Below are positions 36,838 to 48,515 of a DNA stretch of 64,000 nucleotides, piece after piece; position 1 is the stretch's first letter, and each line of letters opens with the position of its first letter. Source of the DNA: Trichodelitschia bisporula (Eukaryota). The translations under genes were made by a program, and so were the position numbers. The notes under the pieces are model-generated. The model worked only from the letters and a program-made list of their open reading frames with translations. It was not told the origin of the DNA and did no database searches. The stretch spans positions 1 to 64,000 of the forward strand of contig ML996713.1 in the NCBI GenBank assembly GCA_010356995.1, given 5' to 3'.

Positions 36838-37843
36838 CTCGCAGCCCCGACGGTCAGGTATACCCGAATTATCTCGTACTTCCCTTGCTAACTGGACACC
36901 AGACTCGTGGACCGCATTCAGCTTTTGTCATCCGTGTCATCGCTAGGCTTAGGGCCATTTCGTTGCACATGTTGTCTTCCGGGATTGAGGACAGCCAACC
37001 CGTTGTTCGACCAAGGTACTGGGAGAGGAACATAGCAAGATGGAACTGTTGGAGAGGGAGAATATCACTCTTGTCAATGCGTAGCTGCTTGCAGATTACG
37101 TAGAACAAATTGAAACACTTCCTAGTTCGTTTCTTTTTTTTTCTTCATTCCCGAAGTCCTTGAAGATCAGAGGCAGTGGAAAGTATCCTGACAGCCACCT
37201 CCGTCGGCAGTATGAAGATCACGCAGCAATTGAGAAGCTTTGGTTAGCTATATGGACTGCTGTCCCTTTTTTAGTCCGGTGTCTTTGGCAAGATTTGAGT
37301 TAATTGATTCCGATACCGGGCTTGATGCCACTGACATGTCGCTGAGAATATTGACAGCAATGATTCTTCCGGCCAGTCCTTGGATGCATCTACACTACTG
37401 CCTCGATATCTTCGAAATGAAGGTGAGTTGAAATTGACCATTCGGATATATTCAAACTCATGACTGCCCACTATCTAAACAGCATTCTCTCCGACTCACC
37501 CCGTGACAACGAATCACCGAAGTCATGTATATTGTTACTGCCTCGTCGTCACCGCCATACCACGTGTATATAGAGGTCACATTACTCGACTTGCCGCCGG
37601 CTGCCCGTCGATTCACGGGGACTGCTCCGTAAAGCCGCCTCCACCGCCTCCACCGCCGACTTCCTTTTTCTTTTCTCCATCATCATCCCCTACATCATCG
37701 TCACTTCAATTATCATTATTATCATCGTCTAAACTACTTTGCCCTTCGACTTCGTATATATAATAGCCCCAACCCTCATTGCAGCAGCTCTCCACCTTTG
37801 AATCTCAAATTGAGTTCCGACTCTTCTCTGCTACGCTGCCTAC

Positions 37844-38809
37844 ATGGACGACGCTTCGGACGTCTTCATCTTCAACCAAGTCATCGAAACCCAGGAAAAG
37901 GAAGAAGAGTTTTTTTTTGATGCCTTATGACGTCTCCGGTGTGCCACTGATTAAATATATGAGTACCGGTCTTCGGAAGCCGCCCCGGGGTCGCCGTCCA
38001 AGCTGCCCGAGAAGCCAAAGCCGAAGCTGATTACCTTCTCCTTCCTATATCACCATCATCAAAGCATCATATACATTCGGCATTATATCTAAAAACCTCC
38101 AGCCTTTGTGGTTATACCTTCCATCCGCACACCGCAAACCTTCATCCACATACGCCAGCTCATCCACACACCAGCTTTCTCTCATCCTCGAGACGTTCAT
38201 GTCTTTATGGACGACCCCTCTGACATTCTCCTCTTCGATCAACTCATCAAGACAAAAGAGGAACAGAAGAAGGTGCCGATGTCCTACGAGATTAGCGGTG
38301 TGCCTCCGATCAAATATGGGTACCAGTCCTCCGAAGCCGCCCCCTGGCTGGCCGTCGAAGCCACCTCAGAAGCCGAAGCCGAAGCCGACTCCCTTCTCTT
38401 CACAATATCATCAAAGCACCTTATACATTCGGCTTCATGTATGGTTCTAAAGGCCTCGACCTTCACTGTTTATGCCTTCCACCCCCTACCCGTGGAAACT
38501 GGAAATCGACTCTCTCCTGCCGCTGAGTTCTTCATAGACGACCCTTCGGACGCCGACGTCGTCAACCAGGTCATTCAGACACAGGAAGAAGAGAAGAAGA
38601 AAAGATGCCGATATCATACGGGACCAGCAATGCGTCCCTGTTATATGGATATAGAGCGGCAGTCAAGCTCGGCCTCCTGTTCATTATAAACGCCTAATCC
38701 GGGTTCACCGTCACAGCCGCCCCTGAAGCTGAAGCCGAAGACAGAGTCCCACGGCGGCTCACCGCCTCCTCCGCGCGGTCATGAGTACTAGGATCCTACT
38801 ATAGTCTAG
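37844..38809 (+). pseudogene. Tandem array of three disrupted paralogues of the 36586 microprotein
   Basis: Copies start at 37844 (MDDASDVFIFNQVIETQE; T9 frameshift), 38207 (MDDPSDILLFDQLIKTKEE; frameshift at KY) and 38534 (ATA for ATG; TGG>TAG at 38789). Spacing is 363 and 327 bp with homologous spacers (CATCAAAGCA..TATACATTCGGC). Confidence 0.75.
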
Positions 38810-39482
38810 GTGATCGCAACTCCGATGGTCAGTAATGTCTACCGTTCTTCATTTCTGACTTGCTAACTAGACCGCAGACTCGAGGAACCAGGCTCTGCCG
38901 TGGTGGAATGTGCCAGGATTAGAGTAGAGATGCTTGCAGACAAACGTGGCACGATAGAAGACCGAAGGAGGGACATGACAGTCGATGGCTACGTGCAGCT
39001 CTAGGCACATTGACATAGAACAATTGAGAAACACTTCCATACCGAGGAATGGCCTGTGTACCAAAAATGCCAGAGGCAGGGATACGAGACTATAGAGAGC
39101 AAGGGGAGAATAGAAGCCGTCAGATTTCATTACGCCGGAATACATGGATGCACATCGAACGAGCTCCTCATTGCATCTCACATGAAAGCATAAGCTCTTT
39201 CGCTAATGCAGCAAACTCTTCTTCCATCCCAGCAAACCCCCACTCGAACCTAACCAACGCCATCATGTCCTCTAACGCCTCTATCTCATCCATGTCCCGT
39301 CCATAGACGGTCACAGTCTCACAGTCCCATTCGCTGAATTGCGCTATCATGTTAGCAACCCATCACCCTACCACGGTACTAAGCCAGTAAAAACGAAAAA
39401 AGGTCAACTGGACCAGCCCATAGTTTTCAAATTCGTATCTGCCTGATGCGGCAAGCTAACGGAAAATCCCTCATCCTGAAAC

Positions 39483-40786
39483 TTACTCAATCATCAAGTC
39501 ATCATCCGCATCAGCGGCACCGTGTCCAGTACTCTGTTCAGCGCCACCTCCGCCCGCAGCACCCCAATAATCCTCCATCTCGGCATCCAGCTCCTCGGCC
39601 GTCTTGCGCGGGCGACCTTGTACAGTCTTCTCCCCGGTGTCTCTCCGGGGACTCCGCTGACGACGTCCACCGGCACCACCAGGACCCCCAGGACCCCCAG
39701 CACGCTTCAAATTCCCACGAGGCGTACCCCGACGCGGCGACCGACGACGGTCATCACCAGGAACGTAGCGATCGATGTGCTCAGGCGCTGGCTTGCTGAC
39801 ATTGCTGTGACGGATGGGACTCGCCGAGCGGCCACGATCGCCACGTCCACCACGGGAGGAAGTGGCCGGCCGCTCAATACGGTCGAAGAGGGAACGCGGC
39901 GGACGCTCAATGTTGTCGAAAGGATTACGTGGCTTGACCGGAGGGCTGTTCTGCAGAGTGATGCGAATGGGCTGACCGTGGGCGTTTGCACCGTCAAACT
40001 CCCGGATCGCATCTTGAGCGTCTTCGGGATTGGGGTACACAACGAAAGCGATGCCGCGCGAGCGATCTTGGCGGTCGTAGAGGAGTTGGACACTGCTGAC
40101 ACGTCCAATACGGCTAAAAAGTTCCTTGTTACAGTTAGGGGGGCTCTCCATCAGCGTAGGGTACATACGCGCAGCTCGTCTTCCGACAGGTCGTAGTGCA
40201 GGTTGTCTACACGCAGCTTCGTGCCCGTTTGCTGTCTCCTAGGCCTATTAGGACAATCCAAAAAGTTTTGGCGGCCATACAATTCCGGGTCTGAGTCGCG
40301 GCGAGTGTAGCGGGTGTTGCGGAAGTTCTGCACCGGCTGGCGAGCTGGAGGCGTGAGCGCGGGGTGTCCAGGAGGCGAAGTAGACGAACCATCGGACACG
40401 TCGTCATAGCGATCGTGAACCCATTCCCTGTTCCGTTAGCGGCATACCCACAAGTACAGAGGAATCACGTACTGGTCAATGTTTCTCGTGTCGTTCCGCG
40501 GCTGAGTCTAGGAGGTTCCTGAGGTTAGCAGGGCATTGCGACGGAGGCTGCGACTGTCGGCCGGGCGTCGCGGATCGTCCAGGAAGAGGAGGAAGAACCT
40601 GGCGGGTTACGAAATGGGCCGGCGACGTCGAGACGGGTACCTTTCTGTAATTATCACTGCGAGGAGCGGGACGGCGATCGCGAGACCGGTGGTTGCTCCG
40701 CTGGCGAGGGTTAGGGACAAACAGCATTGTCATGATTGCATACGTACCTGGCGTTCGGAGATGATGTCCTCCAGCGAGCGATCCAT
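39483..40786 (-). CDS. ALYREF/THOC4/Yra1-like RRM mRNA export adaptor
   Basis: N-terminal MDRSLEDIISERQ box, WVHDRY, RRM (LRVDNLHYDL; DRSRGIAFVVY) and C-terminal KTAEELDAEMEDYW box; multi-exon. Confidence 0.88.
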
Positions 40787-41182
40787 TTGGTGAGGATACG
40801 AAGAATGAATTGCGTTTGGGAGGGAAATGGGGGTTGGTTTGGAGATCGAGTCGGGGTTGCGGAGAAGCAAGCAGTTGGACTGCACTTTGCTGGCAGGGGG
40901 CAAGTTACAGGTCAGGCACGGGCCACGGCAGCGCGGTGAAAGCGAAGGCCCGTGCTCCACCCGCATCGACCTGCCAAGTATTCCGCTCCGCTAACATCTC
41001 AACCTCAACACCACGTCGCAGCTTGTATATGCGAATCTAGTGCACTTCCAGAACTTCGTACAACTTCGTTCTTTCCCAGAGTAATATTGAGCAGGTGGCT
41101 TACACAGGAACACCTAATGAAATTCGATTTGCACTGCTTACCTTGGTCTCAGTCGTCATATTGGATTCGTTCCTTGCACTTC

Positions 41183-41306
41183 GTGCTAGAGTAGCATTCA
41201 CTGCGAGTCGGTCTCCGCGACCTGGCATCGCAACCCAGCCGGGAGTCAAGCTGTATGGTGATGCCTGATCGCGGAAACGGACTCCCAGTGAATGCTACTC
41301 TAGCAC
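41183..41306. repeat. Imperfect 57-bp-stem hairpin with 10-nt loop
   Basis: GTGCTAGAGTAGCATTCACTG (41183-41203) is the perfect reverse complement of 41286-41306. Pairing continues without indels to 41239/41250. Confidence 0.9.
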
Positions 41307-42452
41307 ACTCCCCCCTATGTGCCCGCTCGGACCCTTCCTCCACCCGATACGGATTATCTATATTACACATACCACCCCGCCTTGTGCGGGGCTGTTCCCT
41401 CCCTCAGCACCATCCTTATCCCAAGCATCACGAATCCTCAGTCCCTCCCCATCCCATCCACATCACCCCTATCCCAAACCAAATCCAACCGAAAGCAACC
41501 ATACATTGCCCAGCCTACACAGGCGCAACCCCGTCAACCCCACAGTCCCCCTCGACACTAGCACCTTCGCCTCCAAAAGCATCCTCAAACCAACGGCGCC
41601 AGCGGGCTAGGTGAAGCCTTTGCAACGCGCAAGCCGTCCTCTGCGACGTCACCGTCTGGACCAACAAGTCTCCCTTTGGAAAGCCGCAAATGCAACCCCC
41701 CCCTCACACAACCATCGACGTCGTAACTGCTATGCTGGTACCGCAAGCACCGACACCGTCGGCGAGCCGAAGACTCAGACGAGCCCCTCGAGCCCACATA
41801 ATGATTATGCGGAGGGGGGTTTTATGGCCGAGGGGCAGCGGTTGATTTTGGAGTACTCGCATTACATGCGGGTGAGTGCATGGGGCGGTGGAGGAGACCA
41901 AATAACGCGGGCAGGTGCCGATTAATCAGCAGTAAGCTTAGGAAGGTGTCGGTGGGTTGCTGTAGGCTGGAAGGGTTTGCAGACGCGGGAGCCTTCGCTG
42001 CCTGCTGTAGCCTAGTGATAGGGGAGCAATGTCCAATGATTTGATTAGGGATGTCGTTGTGTCATCCTCGAGCATGAATCATACCGCCTGACCTACCGTT
42101 TGTCCAGCTGTTTAGCCGAGCTGCGGCAAGGATCCAGTGGAAGAGACTAGGCCCCAACAAGCAGAAGTGCAGTGATAACTTCTGCCTAGAGTCTTACTGG
42201 CCAGTCGCAGAGGCATTGATACAAGCATGGTATGGCATACGGTCGGATACCGAACAGTGGGAGAGTATGGCTCACACAGATCACAATGCACGCCAGTCAA
42301 ACGCAGTCAATAACCCATTTGTATTGATGTCGTCCACAAGTCAAGAAGTCATCAGCCCGTGGGCGGCATTGCTAAGTAAACACCGGAAAAGATCCCCGCA
42401 CACCCGCAACGCCAGACCACCAGCCCAAAGACAAGACCCGTACGACCACAAC

Positions 42453-43088
<636 letters not shown>

Positions 43089-44073
43089 TTTGAGATCGGA
43101 AAACTGATGGAGTTGATGAGAATAAGTGGCGGAAAAGTTGAACAGCGGTTCAACGTGAGTGGATGCGAGAGTTTGGGGATGGAAGAAAGAAGATCGCGGG
43201 TTTTGCTGGGGGGAGGGTGAGGGTATTTGTAGGCCGGGGAAAGCGGCGCGGGCCTCTTGTTGATTTTCGGGGCGGGGGGGGGGGTGGTCAGAGGAGGAAG
43301 GAACGAAGAGGGCACACGGCGGGCTGACTGGGGGGGGAAAGAGGGCGGAAGGAAAGGGAAGGGAAAAGGGAACGGGGCGATTCACCGAAAGCCGGTGCAC
43401 GGCAAAGAAAGAGAGCGGACGGGATGGCAGGAAAGTGCGCGGCTTTCCAGCGCTTCTTTGCCAGCCGTTTACATGGCCCGTGCACCATCAACTTTGCTGT
43501 TCTTGTTGCCAAGACCGAATCAGGCCCAGCCGAGCCAGGGGTGGGGAGGCTGAGAGGAACGTCAACCTGACCTCATTGCTGGCTGGAATGCACAGTCTTC
43601 ACGATGCAAGCTTTATACTGTCTTCCGACCATATCGGCTATGCTTCTGTTGTCGGTGTCTACTTCATTCTCCCATGCGCTGCTCCAACCTCCATCTCTGT
43701 ATCTTCATCGTTGTTGCGTACTGCCCCACTTCCCAGCCATGCCTCGCGCTTGTCGACGCTAGACGCTGCCCCGCAGAACAGACACGTCAACGCGTCGCGT
43801 CCATCGCAAAAACACTTTATCTTCCATCACGACCATTATTTGACCTCACCACCGCAGCAACCACAATCATGAGCTTCAATCAGTGTACAAAAGCTTTTCG
43901 TTTGCAAGAGACCGTCCCGCGCGGGCTATCCGCAATACCTTGCACGCCATCAATTTCAGACACATCCCAAACTCCCAGCTTGCCCTCAGACCAACACTCC
44001 TCGCACCAAGCGCATCACCCCTCCCCGGACTCATTCCAACCCCACATCCCCCACCCCACAAAGCTCACTCACC

Positions 44074-44867
44074 CTACGCCATCCCCCCATTAACCCTAAC
44101 CGTCTGCCCACTAACCCAGCGAGCTCCCTCCCCGGCCAAAAAGCTCACCACCTCCGCAATCTCCTCCGGCTCCCCAATCCGCTTAAACGGATTCATGCCC
44201 GCAATCATATTCAGCACCTGCTCGCTCTTCCCTTTGTAGAACAGCTCCGTCCCCGTCGGGCCGGGCGCAACCGCATTGACGCGGATCCCCTTCCGCCCCA
44301 GGTCCTTGCTCAGCAGCCGGGCCATTTGCTCGATAGCCCCCTTGGACGTCACGTAGCTCAGGTAGTCCGGCGTGATATTCCCCGATACCGTCAAGCTTGT
44401 CGATATGAGGATGATATGCGAGCCGGACGGCATGTGCGGCGCAGCAGCCTACGCTATCAGCTCGACTCATGACCCGACAAATCAGGACCACTCACCTGCG
44501 TCAAAAAGAACGGCCCCTTGACATTCAGGTTAAACACGGAATCGAACATCTCCTCGCTCGTATGCTCCAGATCTGCCATGGGCATCACCGCCGCGTTGGC
44601 CATCAGGATATCGATCCGCCCGTACTTCTCTACCGTTACGCGGACCAGCTCTTGGACGCCCGCCACGCTCCCCGCGTCGGCTTGTACGGCGAAGGCATCC
44701 TCCGAGCCGATGGTGTCTACGAGGGTGTTCGCCGCGTCTGCATCCCGACTGTAGTTCAGCACAACGGTTGCGCCTTCGCGGGCGAGCTGCGTCGCTACAG
44801 CGGCACCAATACCCTTCGTCGCACCGGTGATGAGGGCGATTTTGCCGGCGTGTGGTTGATGGGCCAT
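44074..44867 (-). CDS. Short-chain dehydrogenase/reductase (3-oxoacyl-ACP reductase-like)
   Basis: TGATKGIG, ILMANA, YVTSK and VNAVAPGPT motifs; one intron. Confidence 0.92.
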
Positions 44868-45510
44868 ATCGTGAGGTTGTTTCGAAGATCGGAATGCGGT
44901 CTTGAGATGCAACATCGACGGGCGTGTAATTGGCTCCAAATAGGTCGGTAAGGCTCACGGTAAGAATGTCTCCGTGATCTCTGTAGCTGATGTCATACCC
45001 GTCCCTCCCGCAGCCTGATATATACCCCACCTCACAAGCTTTAACTCCACCATCTCCGGCCCAAATGCCAAGCTCCGCCCGGGCCTTGGCGGTGCGCCTT
45101 AGACTCCGGGGTAGCCTTACGTCACTGGTCCGTATTGGGCGCGGGAGCAACGGCTGCAGGGCACCACGGTGCGTCCGCGCTGATAAATGCTCGATATCTA
45201 TGCATAGTACTGAGTCAACTAACCGGGTTGGTAACTCGGACCAATTCCGCAGTGCTGCCGCGCTGTCTCCTTGCCGCCGGTTGCGTTTCGAGGCGTCTAT
45301 CAGTAGATCCGCTATCATGGTGGTGGTGACCCGCAGGAGACTGCAGATGGACAGGTCCGTGAACCTGTAGGTGGATACCTGGAGAGTGCTGTTTGAGATC
45401 AAGGCAAAGCCAGGAAGAAAAGGCACTACTAGGCAGGTTAATGCTTCTCTCAAACCGCATCCAAACCCGAGCCAAAAGTAGTGAGACATGACTATCATTA
45501 ATCGCTACGC

Positions 45511-46732
45511 TCACCGCCACAGCCCATACGGCCCACTGGTAAACTTCCACAGCTTAATGGTGCCGTCCTCGCTGCCCGTTGCGTACAGCTTACCGTCCGG
45601 CGCAAACGCACACGCCCAGATGGGGCCGTGATGCCCCTTTCCGATTTCTGTCTCGTCAGCAACATCTTCCCCCTTCAGAGGGCAACATACCGGTTTCTTG
45701 CTCGGAGTCGTAGTCCCACACCCGCACCCATGTGTCCCCAGCCTGCCCCGTAACAAACTTCCTCTGACCCCCGTGGAGCGCCACGCTCGCAATCTCATAC
45801 GGCGTTGTTATCTGCTTTAGCACCGCTGCCGGCCGGTCCACATCGAAAAAATACACACTCTTTCCGGCTGCCACGCTCAGCGTCCCGTTTGCCGAGCCCC
45901 CAGTCAGCGCCAGAGGGTCGAGCTCACAAGAGCCCACAGGCCCGTCAAGCGTGTAGTCTGCTATAGGTGTTGGGGCGCGCAAGTCCCACCATCGCATCTT
46001 CTTGTCTTCCGCCGCCGTAATGAGTACATGCGAGTTCGGTGACCACACGATACTCTTGATTGTACCGCCGTGCGCCCCAGCACCGATTTCATAGCTCGGC
46101 GCGAGCGCCGCAGGCGTAGCGCCTGCGTCGGGTGTCTGCGTACCCGCTCGCGAGAGGTCCCAGATGCGGAGTTTACGCTCAGCGCCGCCGGTGGCAATGA
46201 TCTGCTGCGCCGCCTGTGGAGGGAAGGCGACCGAGCGGACGATGTGAGCATGCGGCAGGCTGTACAGCGTTTCGCCCGTGCTTGTATCCCAAACGTGTCT
46301 GGATGGGGGTTAACCTAGCGGGTGTGGAATGGGACATGCACCTTACGCTGAGAAGTCGGCGGAACCAGTTGCGGCAAGAGTTGCGTCTGTAGAGAGGCGG
46401 GCTTGCCAGACGGCGCCTTTGTGGCCGAGAAAGGTACCGATCCTTATGGTCAGTATGAATCTGGCAGAGCGGGGAGCCGTACCAGTCGCCTGTCACGCCA
46501 TCGCGTAGCATGGGGTTGTTGTCTGTCCGTCAGCCGGGCCAGATATTGTGCAGAGGGGCTGAACCTTTGCAGGCGGAGATCAAGTAGTACTGATCATCGT
46601 CGACAACGGGAGAGAAGTTGATATGGGTGACAGGCCGCGAGTGGCCATGGCAAGTGAGAGGGACGACTTTGGTCGTCTCTGGTCGGGTCAGCGGGGTTCT
46701 CAGAGGGTGGGCGAGGACATACCCGCGGCCAT
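45511..46732 (-). CDS. STRAP/UNRIP-like WD40 repeat protein
   Basis: [47 protein letters not shown] and [14 protein letters not shown]; multi-exon. Confidence 0.9.
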
Positions 46733-48515
46733 GGTGAATCAAGAGTCGCGGTACGTATGTCAGTTGGAAGGGCCCGATGGGGCAACGGTTTCTGGGATGG
46801 GCGAATCTACGTTGACTTCATGACTTCGTAACTGCGTAAATCGTCGCAAAATGGGGAAGAAGAAACGTATGGAGGGCTTGTGGATGTGTGAAGCAGAATG
46901 GAGTCTGGAGAAATATCAAAAGTGAAGCACCCTTGACCAAACGCCCCAAGACCACCAACAGACGTCGGCGGTACTTCGGACCGTTGCCCGCGATTTCGAA
47001 CCACGTCAAGCTATAGTCTCGTGACATCGTTCTCTCGAAGCACTGCATCGTCATCACCTTCATGATATTTTATCCCTTTTTTCCATCTGGAACTTTGAAT
47101 GGCGAGCAGCAGCACGCTGCCGGGGCGGAATTACGCGATAAAGCTGATCAAAGATGCCTATGCAGGCTGGCATTGTGCCTCTTAAACAATCCGTTGTGTG
47201 CACTTGAGCAGGACACAGTCCTTCCAGTCAAAAGTCCGCAAAACACATCTCTCTTCAGTCATGCGTAACCCTGGGTATGGCAAAGAAAAGGTAAAATGGG
47301 CGTATCACTGAGAATGTCGTCGCTGATACAGCCAGATCCATGTCTCCGTAATGAAAGCCCGCCTCCCCAGCTTTCGACCACCTCCGCTCGAAGATTTGTT
47401 GAGAATCCCGGATCCCGAATGCGGCCCATCGATAGACCCGCATGCACCAATATAACTCACTGGCTTCGTCGAAGCTCGTGGAGGCGGATGGGGGGTGAAA
47501 TGTGGCAAATCCTCACAACAGCGGCCAAGAGTTCCGGTGCCCCGCTTCCCGATGACAGGCAGTAAAGTCAGATAGATGGAAGCCATCAACGCAGGCATAT
47601 GGCAACATTGATCGCTTCAAGCATCAAATGCCGTTGAAGTGGGGCATTGCCTCGCCAATGAGAGCTAATGCTGAGTCGCTCGGTCAACGTGGTGTTTGAT
47701 TGGATTGAACAGCGGTTCTTGAGAGAACCATATTCCGCATGGAGCATGGAGCATAGCTAAGCGCATGACATCAATTCCCCGCGCCCACGAGCAATGAGAG
47801 CGGGGTCCGTGCGACGTGGTCTAGTTCTGAGAACGGAGACAACATCACAAATCGAGAGAATCATTTAGAACTACTGAACGGCACAAGCAAAGCTAACATC
47901 AGCACCGACGTTCGAGACTCAGCATTCGGAAGACGGAGAGCGGAGACCCTGCAGCTCTAGCCGTCAACACAATTGGCCCATTCCGTCAACCCCGCCTTCA
48001 GGGTCCGCTTCATTAACAATCACCACACACCCCTCCGCAATTCCGCGACTCCATCCCGTCGGGCGCTACCGAGCGACTTGCGCTGTGTCCCGCTCTCAAC
48101 CCTCCACCTTTCCCCTTGCCCCCCTGTCTCTTAGGCACGCCACGGTCCAGTAAAAGGCTGGACAACGTCGCTTTCATAATCCGTTTCTGTAGTAAGCCTT
48201 CTAGTCTTCGTGTGGGGTAACATACGTGGACTGTGGCGGGTTGCATGGTGCCCATGGTAATTGCACGTCCGCCCATAGCCGCGTCTCCATTTCCTGTAGC
48301 GTGTATGTCCGTTGGGGCGGGGGGGGGGGGAAGGGCGAGTGACCCCTCATCTCACATGGTATTTAACTCGGCTGTTTACCTCGTGCTGAGTCTTCTCTAC
48401 TTTACTTCACTCTTCATCTCGTGGCCAGTGAATCAACTTCATATCGACATCTCAATATCTCGACATTGACTGTCTTCCGCATCATCCCTCCGCCCTCTCC
48501 ATCACAGTCATCGCC

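Noticed and set aside
39168..39350. 60-aa acidic minus-strand ORF after the ALYREF-like gene
   Set aside because: Short, with no motif or splice evidence; cannot be distinguished from chance.
41500..41925. Coding-like plus-strand fragments near the hairpin
   Set aside because: Broken by a stop and no recognisable domain.
44530..45498. 322-aa minus-strand ORF
   Set aside because: Overlaps the SDR in another frame and spans intergenic DNA; no motif.
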